This document shows positions 46,601-59,971 of a DNA stretch of 64,000 nucleotides, in pieces (the first letter of the stretch is position 1; every line of letters starts with the position of its first letter). This DNA is from Heteronotia binoei. Its lineage: Eukaryota. Under the pieces are notes generated by a model. That model saw only the letters and a list, made by a program, of their open reading frames with translations, was not told the origin of the DNA and ran no database searches. Location: positions 22,444,001 to 22,508,000 of the forward strand of contig NC_083224.1 in assembly GCF_032191835.1 (NCBI RefSeq), given 5' to 3'. The position numbers were made by a program, and so were the translations under genes.

Positions 46601-47995
46601 GTGAGGGGCTTTTGGTCACTCTGTCCAAGCAATCACCTTACCCTAAAGCTTCCTGCCAGATGTTTCTGTGTGTGTGAGAACTGCCATCAAGTTACTTCCA
46701 ACCTTTGGCAACCCAACAAATGTCTTCTTATTAATAGTTATGCTCAAGTTTTGCAAACTAAAGGCCAGCATCTTGGCTCAGGCTGAGTTGGCTAAAGTTG
46801 AATCCGACGAAGACGAAGGTTCTCTATCTGAGCCGGGGTGGTCCAAGGGGAGGTGTCTAGCTGCCGGCTCTTGACGGGGTGCCATTGATACCGGCCCCTA
46901 AGGTCAAGAGCTTGGACGTGCTCCTTGAGTCCTCCCTTACAATGGAGGCCCAGGTAGCAGCCACTATTAGATCAGCCTTCTTTCATCTTCTGTGGGTGCG
47001 GTAGTTGGCTCCTTTTCTGGAGCACAATGACTTAGCAATGGTGATCCATGCTATGGTCACCTCAAAAATAGACCACTGTCATGCTCTCTACATGGGGCTA
47101 CCCTTGACATTGACTCAGAAACTACAGCTAGTGCAGAACGCTGTGGCACAGCTATTAATGAGGCTCCCCCAATGGGAGCACATTCAGCCAGTGCTGAAAG
47201 AGCTGCACTGGCTACCTGTTGTGTTCCAAGTCCGTTTCAAGGTGTTGGTATTGACCTTTAAAGCTCTTTATCGTCAGGGACCTGTTTATCTGCGGGACCC
47301 TCTTTCCCCAGAGAGCACTGCATTCAGGGACAAAAAATCTGCTATCCACCCCTGGACCAAAGGAGGCCAGGTTGCATTTGACATGAGCCAGGGCCTTCTC
47401 GGTGGTAGCACCAGAGTTATGGAATGCTCTCTCGGAGACCATAAGGGCCCTGCGGGACCTTCCTACGTTCCGCAGGGCCTGTAAGACTGAATTGTTTCGA
47501 CAGGCCTTCGAAGCTTAAACTAAGAGAGGGCTGCCACCTGACATCAGTTAGAGTATCCGGTGTCCAACCGTCTGAAAAGCAGAACCGCCAACATAGTAAT
47601 GGTACAGCACTGTGGAATAGTTTAAATTTTAATTGTATTAATGTTTTATGGATTTTATTGACTTACTGTCTTTAAACAAATGTTGTGAGCCGCCCTGAGT
47701 CCACTTGCGAAGAGGGCGGGATAGAAATGTAATGTAAATAAATAAATAAATAAAACAGCCCTTACTTCACATCATTGAAGTCACACAGGTGGGGAACCAT
47801 AAAAATGGTAAGAGTCCCAACCAAGTGCCTCTGATGCAGGAAGCTTACTGTACTTTCAAAGTGTATATTATTGTACCGTTCAGTGTACAGTAGGAGGAAG
47901 GCACTGAAATATTTGGAGCGTGGAAGAAAGTTCAGGAGCACATCAGACCTCCTTGTGTGGATTCTAACAAGATCTCTCTCTCTTTATTCCAGCAG

Positions 47996-50004
47996 GAGAT
48001 GATCAGAGAAATGAGGAGGATGAGGAACTGGATCATCTATTGCCTGATGAAGTCAAGAAGGAAGATGTGAGAAGAAATGTCAGGATTCAAAGCAGACTAA
48101 AGAGGCAGAAAGTCGGTCACAGGGTGAAGAAGAGGGGAAAATCTGTTCCTTGCCAAGGGGGAGATTTTCAAGAAGAAATTCACATGTCAGGGAAAACATA
48201 CAAGTGTTTGGAATGTGGAATGAACTTCTCAGATCAAACCCAGTATAATATACATGTTTCAAAGCACGGTATAATGAAGGCATGTAAATGCGTTCGGTGT
48301 GGAAAATACTTCAGATACAAATCACAACTCCTTGTACACCAAAGGATCCACACAGCAGAGAAACTGTTTGAATGCTCAGAGTGTGGAAAGAAATTCAGTT
48401 ATAGTTTCCTTCTCAAACAGCATCAAAGAACCCACACAGGGGAGAAGCCTTTTGAATGCTCAGAGTGTGGGAAGAGATTCAATCACAGCCACAGTCTTCA
48501 AACTCATGTGAGAATCCACACAGGAGAGAAGCCTTTTGAATGCTCAGAGTGTGGGAAGAGCTTCCATCACAGACACAGTCTTCAAACTCATGTGAGAATC
48601 CACACAGGAGAGAAGCCTTTTGAATGCTCAGAGTGTGAGAAGAGATTTCATCACAGTAGCAGTCTTCATAGTCATCTAAGAACCCACACAGGAGAGAAGC
48701 CTTTTGAATGCTCAGAGTGTGAGAAGAGATTTCATCACAGTGGCAGTCTTCATAGTCATCTAAGAACCCACACAGGGGAGAAGCCTTTTGAATGCTTAGA
48801 GTGTGGGAAGAGATTCAGTCAGAGCAGCAATCTTCAAAGTCATCTACGATCCCACAAAGGGGAGAAGCCTTTTGAATGCTCACAATGTGGGAAGAGATTC
48901 AGCCGGAGTGGCAATCTTCAAAGTCATCTGCAAACCCACACAGGGGAGAAGCCTTTTGAATGCTCAGAGTGTGGGAAGAGATTCAGCCACAGTAGCAATC
49001 TTCAACAACATCAGAGAATCCACACAGAGGAGAAACCTTTTGAATGCTCCAAATGTGGGAAGAGATTTAGGAACAGTAGCAGTCTTTCAAAACATGTAAG
49101 AATCCACACAGGGAAGAAATCTTTTGAATGCTTGGAGTGTGGGAAGAGATTCAGTCAGAGTGGCTATCTTCAACAACATCAGAGAACCCACACAAGGGAG
49201 AAGCCTTTTGAATGTTCAGAATGTGGGAAGAGATTCAGGGAGAGTAGCAGTCTTATAAAACATCTAAGAACACACAGAGGAGAGAAGCCTTTTGAATGCT
49301 CAGAATGTGGGAAGAGATTTGGTTGGAGTGGCAGTCTTCAAAGTAATCTACGAACCCACACTAGGGAGAAACCATTTGAATGCTCAGAGTGTGGGAAGAG
49401 ATTTAGTCACAGTAGCACTCTTCAACAACATCAGAGAACACACACAGGAGAGAAGCCTTTTGAATGCTCAGAATGTGGGAAGAGATTTGGTTGGAGTGGC
49501 AGTCTTCAAAGTCATCTACGAACCCACACTAGGGAGAAACTTTTTGAATGCTCAGAGTGTGGGAAGAGCTTCAGTCAGAGTAGCACTCTTCAAAGTCATC
49601 TACGAACCCACACAGAAGAGAAGCCTTTTGAATGCTCAGAGTGTAGGGAGAGATTCAGTCACAGTGGCTATCTTCAAAAACATCTTAAAATCCACAGAGG
49701 GGAGACTCCTTTGTATGTTCTGCGATTCACTGAGAGTGACAGTCTTCAAAAGCGTCTAAGAACCCATACAAGGGAGAAGAGCTTTGAACTCTCAGAATGT
49801 GTGAAGAAGACTGCAGATTTATACCCCATCCTTCTCTCTGAATCAGAGACTCAGAGTGGCTTACAATCTCCTATATCTTCTCCCCCCACACAACACACAC
49901 CCTGTGAGGTGGGTGGGGCTAAGAGAGCTCCCCCAGAAGCTGCCTTTTCAAGGACAACCTCTGCGAGTGCTATGGCTAACCCAAGGCCATTCCAGCAGCT
50001 GTAA
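47996..50004 (+). CDS. Orphan C2H2 zinc-finger exon B, copy 2
   Basis: Identical translation to 17404-19412. Confidence 0.8.
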
Positions 50005-50678
50005 GTGGAGGAGTCGGGAATCAAACCCAGTTCTCCCAGATAAGAGTCTGCACTCTTAACCACTACACCAAACTGGCACTCACATTCAGTGAAAGTGGTA
50101 ATCTTTAGTCAGCTGTGAACCCACACAGTTGGGAAAGCCTTTTGAATGCTCAGAGTGTGGAAACACGTTCTGTCAGAGTGCCCATCTTCAACAGCATCAA
50201 GGAATCCATAGAGAGTAAAGTTTCAGAATAGAAAGACATTCAATCATTGTGGTAACCTTCAACAACATCTAAGAGCCCACACAAGGAAAAAGTATGTAAG
50301 TTCTTAGCCTAGGGGTTTTGAACTAGGTTGTTACAATGATCTGATAGAAATGTCACTTTGTTCGGTCAGGCCATGTGTGCAATACAATGTAATGCCATGT
50401 ACCAGAGATAGACTAGCCCCGGGGGTCAGATGTCTGCCCAAGGACTGGATCAGGCCCCCGGAGGGCTCCTTTCATGCCCATGAGCAACTCACTGTAATCT
50501 GCTTCCTTTTCTCGCTTCCTTCTGTATCAGAGCTTGCTTTTCCAGGCTTGCTTAATCGCACAGGAGCTATAGAGCAGAGCTTCTGCCACAGGAGGTGGTG
50601 GCGGCCACAAGCATAGCCAGCTTCAAGAGGGGTTTAGATAAAAATATGGAGCAGAGGTCCATCAGTGGCTATTAGCCA

Positions 50679-50717
<39 letters not shown>

Positions 50718-53700
50718 AAAATTTGCCACTGTGTGACACAGAGTGTTGGACTGGTTGGGCCATTGGCCTGATCTAACATGGCTTCTCTTATGTTCTTCTC
50801 TTTTCTCCATTGGCTGACTAGCACATGAAGCAAATTATGTACAAAAGCTCACAATGCCCAGCCATTCCATGTTTTCCCTTCAGTCTTAGGCTCAAAGCAT
50901 TGACCATGAAATTTCTGCAATGAATGTCAGTAAATCAAAGAGTAGGTTTGCAACTTATACACTCCTGAACCATGCCTGAACATCATACTCAAGATAGCTA
51001 CAGCACAGACATTGTCTCCAGATTCTGATGCAGTCATTCAGAGCAACAGGTGTGAGCTCTCTGCATAAACAAAAATTGAATAAACAAAATATTTGAATAA
51101 ACAAAATATTGCAAGAGTGCTAATCTTTTAAGCATATTTTACGTTTTAATAAAATCTTAGTGTTTGTCTGTGTCCTTCATAAAGTTTATATCTCTGCTAC
51201 CTGGCTTTACATTTTATGACATACATGGCCTGGCCCGAAAAGGTCTCATATATGTCAAATCCAGCCCTCATAACAAATTATTTTGACACTTCTGTTATAG
51301 ACTTTAGAAAAGACATGGACAAACCCATAACTGTAATATTAACAATATTATTTTTTGTATGATACAGAAACGAAGAATGAACAGCTTTATAATATTTCCT
51401 TTATTTATTTCCTTTATTCTTTGGTAACTGACCTCCCTTTCTCTGGATTATGCATCAAAAAATCTGGACTCAGTGTCTGTGCTGTAGCAATCTTGTGTGT
51501 GCTGGTTAAGTGTGTATCTGTAAACTGAGAATACACTTTTGATTGATGTAGATATATCCTGCAATAGAGCTCTTCACAGACATACGTTGTTCCAAACATA
51601 TGCATAATTTTAGAAGCAAAAGTCTTAAGGTGGGGGTAATTTGGACCCAGAAAACTAATAAAGTTTATTAATGGCAACTTCGAAAAGCTTATCCTTCCAT
51701 ACAGCATCACACTGCTCCCCCACCTGTCTACGTTTGATTGGTAGGTGAGGAGCAGTGTGAATGTCCCATTTCCCCAACTGTACTGATTCACAATGTATAA
51801 TGCACCTTCAGAATGTCTCCCACCTTAGAGAAACTTTTCCTGTCCATCTCCCTCCCCCCAGTCCATGGCAGATGTAGTCCTCTTCCCACTCTGAAAATAC
51901 ATTTCCTCACTACACTCGATCAACTTTTTTCTCCACCACCCTGATAGCATTTTTGCTTGTGAAGCAGGGTTTCTTCCCCGTTTTGAGAGGTTCACCCAAA
52001 ATTGTACGCATAGATTCTTTGTGTAGAATATAATCATACGCATATATTCTATGCCATAGAATATAAACTCTCCCAAGGATCTGGAGCCACTGCCCTCGTC
52101 AATAGCTGAATCGACCACTAAATCATGAATCCTCTACAAATTCATCAGCCAACTGTGAATGACCAGACCTCCTAAATCTGCCCTTTTCTCCCACCACCTT
52201 GGTGTGATTCATCCACACTCTCCTTCAATTTCTAATCTGCAGCCATTCCTTTCCTTGCAGTTCATTCCCACCTGGAGACCTGACCTTCCACAAAGACACA
52301 CATACTCCCTACGATGATTATGTTCTTGCATGGGGACTAAAAACTAGGAGACCCAGGTTCATAAATCCAACTGCCATAAAAGTTGCTGGATGACTTTGGA
52401 CCAGTCACACAGCCTAATGTACCTTGCACAGGTGTTCCGAGGGGGAAAACAGATGAGTTAAATAATAGTTGAAGAAAAGCAAGGGAGAGATGCCAAGAAT
52501 ATAAAACTAGCACCTTCCTTTACCCTAACACGGGTGGCCAAACCTGCTTAACGTAAGAGCCATATAGAATAAACATCAGATGTTTGAGAGCCGCAAGACA
52601 TGAATGTCAAATATTTGAGAGCTGGAAGGAGGGAAGGAAGGCAAATAGATGGGGGGAGGCAGAAGGGAGAGGGAGGTGGAAAGAAAGTAACTTTAAGTGC
52701 ATTTGCCAAGCTGCTGGCTAGCATGGCTTGGAAAAGTTATTTAAAGACAGAAATGCCTTCTGCAAGCCAGCCAATGGGGTGGTGGGGGCTTCGAGAGCCA
52801 CACAATATGTGTTAAAGAGCTACATGTGGCTCCCGAGCCACAGTTTGGCCACCCCCTGCCCTAATGTATATTTCTCCTCCCCACCTATTGCAAATGAGTT
52901 TGATGACTAGCCCCGTAGCCAGGATTTCAAATGTTGGGGGCCATTTAAAATTCTCAGAGGGTACTTTAATTAATTTAATTCTTGCCAGGGAGCTGTGCAC
53001 TGCTGCTCTATCTGTCTGACCTTTGCCAGACTGTCCTTTTCAGCAGCAAGGCGCAAGCCTTACTTTCCAAAGGGCCATCTCTCCCCTCTGGTCTCTGAAC
53101 AGGGAGGACCAACCTCTCGCAGTCTGCCCATTTGCTTCCCAGGCAGAGGTAGCAAGAAGGGAAGGCTGTGAGTCGGGCCCTGAGTAATTTTCCTTGCAGC
53201 AGCCAGCAAAAAAAGGCAGGAAGAGCCTGGGAACTGAGACTCAGCCTGGGAGCTTCAAAGAGGGCTTCAAAGAGCCTTTGAAACTCCCAGGCTGAAAGAA
53301 TTTCTGTCTCAGCTTCAAAGAGCCTGGGAACTGAAAGAGACTCAGCCTTAGAGTTTCAAAGGGTAAGGACAGGTGGGAGGTGGAGGGGGAAAGAGCCCTG
53401 AGGGCCTGACCAAAGCCCTGGAGGGGCAGGTTCTGGCCTGCCGGCCAGATGTTTAACATCCCTGTTCTAGAGGGTTTCAGTGAATGTGCTCCCTCATGGG
53501 ATTTGGAATTTCACCTGACACCAGATGGCAAGAGACTATAATTAAGCCATGGAGAAGCAATGCTGACTCCACTATTTCGCAGGATAGATGCCCTGACTAT
53601 GCCAGGCCTCATTGCAAGGAACAGCTACATAGAAAATGCTCAAGTCTCTATCTTGGACTTGGAATCTTTAAGATGGTGCCATCGAACATCAGGTATTGAT

Positions 53701-56256
53701 GTATCAGATAGAAGTTAGCTTTCTTGTTTTAACGCTACAAAGTTATAAGGATTGTATTATCTGGTGCTATCCTGATTCTTTAACTACGGAATAAACCTCC
53801 ATTTGTTTTACCAAGGTCTGGTTTCTTGTATGCATATAGTCCTGAGGACCCATGACTCTTTAGTGCTGCCTGCTTGCCCAAGAGTTGGGGGCTCAGAGGG
53901 ACTTAGGCTTGGATCCATGACAGGACCACTTTATTGAGTCCTGTATCTGATGGTCAGCCAGAGGAGTGACCATAGAGGGGGAGTAATATGTATGGTCCAT
54001 TTTTTGTTGTTGTTGCCATCATCACAGCTGACTTATGGTGACCCTCTAGGGTTTTCAAAGCAAGAGAAGTTCAGAGGTGGCTTGCCATTGCTTGCCTCCG
54101 TGTCAGGACCCTGGTATACCGTGGAGGTCTCCCATCCAAATAGTAGCCAGATGCAACCTTGCTTAGCATCCAAGTTCTGACGATATCAGGCTAGCCTGAA
54201 CTATTGATCTACCTTTCGATAATAGCTGAGCTATGGTATCCTGCACCAACGGGAGTTTCATAATTGATGTTGAAGAAGACTGCAGTTTTATACCCCGCTC
54301 TTCTCTCTGAATCAGAGACTCAGAGCGGCTTACAATCTCCCATATCTTCTCCCCCCACAACAGACACCCTGTGAGGTGGGTGAGGCTGAGAGGGCTCTCA
54401 CAGCAGCTGCCCTTTCAAGGACAACACCTACAAGAGCTATGGCTGACCCAAGGCCATTCCAGCAGGTGCAAGTGGAGGAGTGGGGAATCAAACCTGGTTC
54501 ACCCAGATAAGAGTCCGCACACTTAACCACTACACCAAACTAGCTCACCAACAAGACTCCTGCTTAGAAGCCAAATTTGAGGGGGAGGGAATACAATTAG
54601 ATGTCCTGTGTAGGACTGTTTTCACCTGATGGCCCAGAAGACTAGCCCAGTTTCAGTAGTTCTCAGAAACTAAACAGGGCCAGCCCTGGTTAGTATTTGA
54701 ATGAGAGACCACCAAGGAAACCCAGGGTTGCTACAGCAGAGACAGGCAATCACAAATCAACTCTGAAAGCATCTTGCCTTGAAGAAGAAGACTGCAGATT
54801 TATACCCCGCTCTTCTCTCTGAATCAGAGACTCAGAGTTGCTTACAATCCCCTATATCTTCTCCCCCCACAACAGACACCCTGTGAGGTGGGTGAAGCTG
54901 AGAGGGCTCTCACAGCAGCTTTCAAGGAGAACTCCTGCGAGAGCTATGGCTAACCCAAGGCCATTCCAGCAGGTGCAAGTGGAGGAGTGGGGAATCAAAC
55001 CTGGTTCTCCCAGATAAGAGTGTGCACTTAACCACTACACCAAACTGACCTTGAGGGAAGGTCAGTGGACAGTGCATGACAGTCTTCTAGTCTGGATGTC
55101 ACTGTGGCCTGGATCCAGGTGGCCAGATCAGCCATGTCAAGGTGAGGGGCCATCTTATTGGCTAGGCTGAGTTGGGAGAAGGCATTATTTGGAACTGTGT
55201 TAACTTCTCCTGCAATAATGTTGGATCTAGTCTAATCCCAAGTAAGTCAGAAAGGGTCAGGTAAACATCCACTGGGTCACCTTGTCCACATTTTTGTTCA
55301 CCCCCTCAAAGAGCTCTAAAAGGTTAGCGAGATAAGATTTTCCCTTACGGAATCCATGCTGATTCTTCCTCAATGGCTTTTGTTCATCAGTTAGCCTAAG
55401 CAATTCTGTCTTTAATAACGGATCCTGTCAATTTAACCAGTAGCGATGTGCATGTGGACTAAGGTTATGTTTAATTAGCGTTCCTGCCTGGCTCATTGGA
55501 GCCTGAAGGTCTGAGCTTGGGGACTCGGGAACAAAGGGCAGTAGGGTCCAAAACCCCTGCTCCAATCACGGGCCTCCTGCTGGTTTGAATGATCCAATGG
55601 TGTCCTAGCGCAGGAACCCTGAACTGTATATAGTTGGCCGCGTTGCGCCTGATCCAGCCTGGGATGCGTCCCCACCTCCACCCTGCCCAGGAGCAGAGCC
55701 TTGTGCAGAGGTGCTCCTGAGCAGCCTCACTGAGCTGCATTATAATGCATCGCCGACTGCAGCGGGGCTAAATGAAGCCCAGACCCAATTTTGCACTAGA
55801 CCCAGGGTGGCCAAACTTGCTTAAGGTAAGAACCACATAAAATAAATGTCAGATATTTGAGAGCCTCAAGTCATGAACATCGGACGTTTGAGAGCTGCAA
55901 GGAAGGAAGGAAAACAGATGGGGAGGGAGAAGTGGGAAAAAAGCAACTTTAAATGTGTTCTCCAAGCCACCAGCTGGCTGGGCTTGGAGAAGTGATTTAA
56001 AGAGACAAAAGCCTTCTCCAAGCTGGCCAACTGGACAGTGGGGGCTTCAAGAGCCACACAATATGTGTGAAAGAGCCACATGTGGCTCCTGAGCCACAGT
56101 TTGGCCATCCCTTTGATAGACCTTTAACCCTGGTTTAGCTCCGTCTCCAAGCTGACATTCTACACTAGAATCATAGTCATAAACTTGGTTTCTATGATTC
56201 TAGTGTAGAATGCCAGTTTGGGGACAGAGTTAAACCAGGATTAAAGGTCTAGTGCG

Positions 56257-57372
56257 AAACTGGTCTCAGTCTCGCCGGGGGTGGGGGGAGGATTTTTACA
56301 GAGAGGGCAGGGAGCTTCTTTGGGAGGGGGTGGGGGTCTGCAGCTGTGAAAGGATTAAAAGAGCCGATCTGTTTGCTAGAGAGGGCGGGTGTGTGTGTGT
56401 GTGCTTCAAACAGGCAGGAACAGCGTGGCAGCCGGAGCCTGGGAATCTTCCCTCCCCACCAAGTCCTTTCGGTCTCCGAAGACACAAATTCGGCTCTAGC
56501 GTGGTTGGGGGAGACGGGGGTGTTTGAATCCTTTGCAGACAGGGATGCTCGCCTCTGTCGGGGTTTTCCTTTCGGAGCCCCCGGGGGCGGGGGGTGGTCC
56601 CGAGGTGCTTGCGGGACAGGGTAAAAGCCGAGCGGGCATCAAACAAGTAGTCTGCCCCAAAAGACCCTGGGATGCATCACAGACACTCCAGAACAACATT
56701 CCAGAACAAAAAGCTAGAAGGGGGTGTTAAAATGCAGCCTCCTGTCTTGGGATCGGGTCTCCGTCCCTTCCCTCCCGGATATACTGTATTGCTAAAAACT
56801 CCTAGGCACGGGGCCATCTCTGCTTGCATTTGAGGTCCGGCGCTGTCTCTCCACTGGGTCAGAGAAATCCAGCCTCCCCTGTGTGTAAAACAAACAAACA
56901 AACAAAAACCCTCAGTCTCGCGGCGGATCTTTACGGGAAGGGCAGGGAGCTTTTTTCGCACGTTTGCAGCCGTGAAAGGGTTAACAGAGAAAAGATGTTT
57001 GCTAGAGAGGCCGAGCAAGGGAGGGGCGGAAAAGGAAGAGAGGACCGGGAGCGGGTGTGTGTGTGTGTGTGGCTTCAGACATGCAAAAGGCCGGGAAGGT
57101 TCCCTCCCCAGTAAGTCTCTTCGGGATCCGGAGACACCAATGGGTTCGGGGAGAGGGGGGCGTTGAAATCCTCTTAAAACCTGCTGTTCTTCTCTGTCTG
57201 GGTTTCCCTTTGTCAGCCTGGATGGGCTCACCTTTGGGGGGGTGGGGGTCTGCAGGGCTTGCAAGGCGGCTCTTTCCCAGGCGGCCTCTGGGGGATCGGG
57301 ACCAGCCGGGTAGGGGGTAGATGAGGATGGGGGCGCTCCCAGGCCTGCAGCATCCCTGCTGGAGGGTGGAAA
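56257..57372 (+). promoter_or_regulatory. CpG-rich putative promoter, copy 2
   Basis: Copy of 25665-26780. Confidence 0.6.
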
Positions 57373-59548
57373 GATTTTAGCCGGGATAGATTTTATTTAA
57401 CATTTTAAAAGGGTTTTTTTTTGTATCTTTTGTACTGTTTTATCAGGTATATTTTATACGCTCTATGGGAGGGACGGTGGCTCAGTGGTAGAGCATCTGC
57501 TTGGTAAGTGGAAGGTCCCAGATTCAATCCCTGGCATCTCCAACTATAAAAAGGGTCCAGGCAAGTAGGCACGAAAAACCTCAACTTGAGACCCTGGAAG
57601 AGCCGCTGCCAGTCTGAGTAGACAATACTGACTTTGATGGACCGAGGGTCTGATTCACTATAAGTCAACTTCATATGTAAACCTGCAGTCCCGTACCAGG
57701 GAGCGGGATATAAATTTGATTAAATAAATACCCACCAAGGTATCCCAGGGGTGTTCCCAATGGAATGTCGGCTGCGGGGTGACATGATAGAGGGTTACAA
57801 GATTATGCATGGGATGAAGAAAGTAGAGAAATAAGTACTTTTCTCCCTTTCTCGCAATACAAGAACTCGTGAGCATTCAATGAAATTGCTGAGCAGTCAG
57901 GTTAAAACAGATAGAAGGAAGTACTTCTTCACCCAAAGGGTGATTAACATGTGGAATTCACTGCCACAGGAGGTGGTGGTGGCTACAAACATAGCCGGCT
58001 TCAAGAGGGGGTTAGATAAAAATATGGAGCAGAGGTCCATCAGTGGCTATTAGCCACAGTGTGTGTGTGTGTGTGTGTGTGTATTTGGCCACTGTGTGAC
58101 ACAGTGTTGGACTGGATGGGCCATTGGCCTGATCCGACATGGCTTCTCTTATGTTCTTAAGGAATCATTCGTGCTGATTGGCTGCCCAAGAGACCCACAC
58201 ATTTGGGCCAATGGTCCCCCGCATAATGGGGCCAGTTTCGGGATGGGGGTGGGGCATGTTTTATTTATTTGCTTTAATTATAGAACAAAGTTTAAGTCAA
58301 CCAGCACCTTTAAAACAAAGTTTTATTCAAGGTATAAGCTTTTGTGTGCAAGCGCAGTTCTTCAGACTAGTCCAGGTTTTTGCATTTGTGAGAACGGAAA
58401 TAAATATCAGTCTGTACCTGTCCAAGTTTCTTCATAAGGCTGATGGCTAAATGTGGAGCCCTCCAGTGAAGATAGATTCAGGCAGGTACCCATGTTTGCA
58501 TATGAAAGCTCATATCTTGAATAAAAAAAAATTGTCTTAAAAGGTGCCACTGGACTCAGACTTCGTTTTGCTGCTTCAGACCAACACAGCTATCCACCTG
58601 AATCTACATTTAATTATAGTCTGCCATTTAATGGGACTCAATGTAAATAGGATGGTATTTTCAATAAACTATGAAATAGAATTTGGGTTGTAGAAATCTG
58701 AAAAACAGTATTGAAGGAAAGCATAACTGTTTACATGACCCAATCCATAATGCAAAATTTTACATAGCGGGATTCAAATTATAGCAAACTATACACGCCA
58801 ATATAGACTCCAGTCCCCAAGAATTCATCCAAGTACTTTGTGAAGCCTTTTCTACCGTGCTACCCTATTGCTTTGGTAGAGAAGTCCTCTTGAATGATTA
58901 AGTTTTACTTAGTTTGCCAAAAGGCAGGTGAGTGGGAGCCTTCCTGACTTTCTCAGGAATGCCAACTTCGTCTAGTAGTTAAGGAGTGGTGGACTCTAAT
59001 GGTTAACCCCTTACCAGTCTCATTGTCTCATCAGGTTACCTTGAGATATACCCACTAGACAGACTGATCCCTAGAAATCAGAAGCCAAGCTCATAACATC
59101 CCCAACAGATTTTTTTAACAAGTAAATATTGGTGTTTTTGTTGCCTGGAGGACCAAACAACCATATCTTTAAAAGCAAGATGTGTAAAATACCACAGTGA
59201 CATTAATATTCATCAGTAAACTACAAAGACACTCTTTCTGATCCATTGAGTAATCCTTAGGTCAGGGGTGGGCAAGGGTAGCTCTCCAGATTTTTTTTTT
59301 TGCCTACAACTCCCATCAGCCCCAGCCATTGGCCATGCTGGCTGGGACTGATGGGAGTTGTAGGCAAAAAAACATCTGGAGAGCTACCCTTGTCCACCCC
59401 TGCCTTAGGTGATTCTTCACCAGGGTCAGTGATGTTACTCCATTTTCTGTTCTTCCTGCCCTTTTGATATCTTTCCCGCTCCCTTTTCACAACCAGATTA
59501 AGAATATATTTCCAGAGTCAGAGGCAACCCAAGAGGAAGGGGAAGGAG

Positions 59549-59971
59549 ATGGAAAAGAAGGACCCTGAAGGCCCTGGGACTGGCAAGGCATCAAGGAAAG
59601 GTTCCCATCCCATTCAAGCAGGGAGTGGTGCTGAATTCTGGGAAAGAGCTGTGCCAGAGATTGTGGTTAAGGATGCTGTAACCACAGTTGTACGCAGCCG
59701 ATGCTTCCGGCAGTTCTGTTACCAGGAGGCTGATGGGCCCCGAGAGGTTTGCAGCCAGCTCCATGGACTTTGTAAGGACTGGCTGGAGCCAGAGAAGCGC
59801 ACCAAAAAGGAGATAGTGGACCTGGTGATTCTGGAGCAGTTCCTGGCCATTCTGCCCCAGGAAGTGCAGGGCTGGGTGAGAGGATGCGGGCCAGAGACCA
59901 GTTCCCAGGCAGTGGCCCTGGCTGAAGGTTTCCTCCTGAGTCAGGCAGAGGAGAAGAGGCAGGCACAGCAG
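59549..59971 (+). CDS. SCAN-domain exon, second copy
   Basis: Identical translation to 28957-29379. Confidence 0.95.
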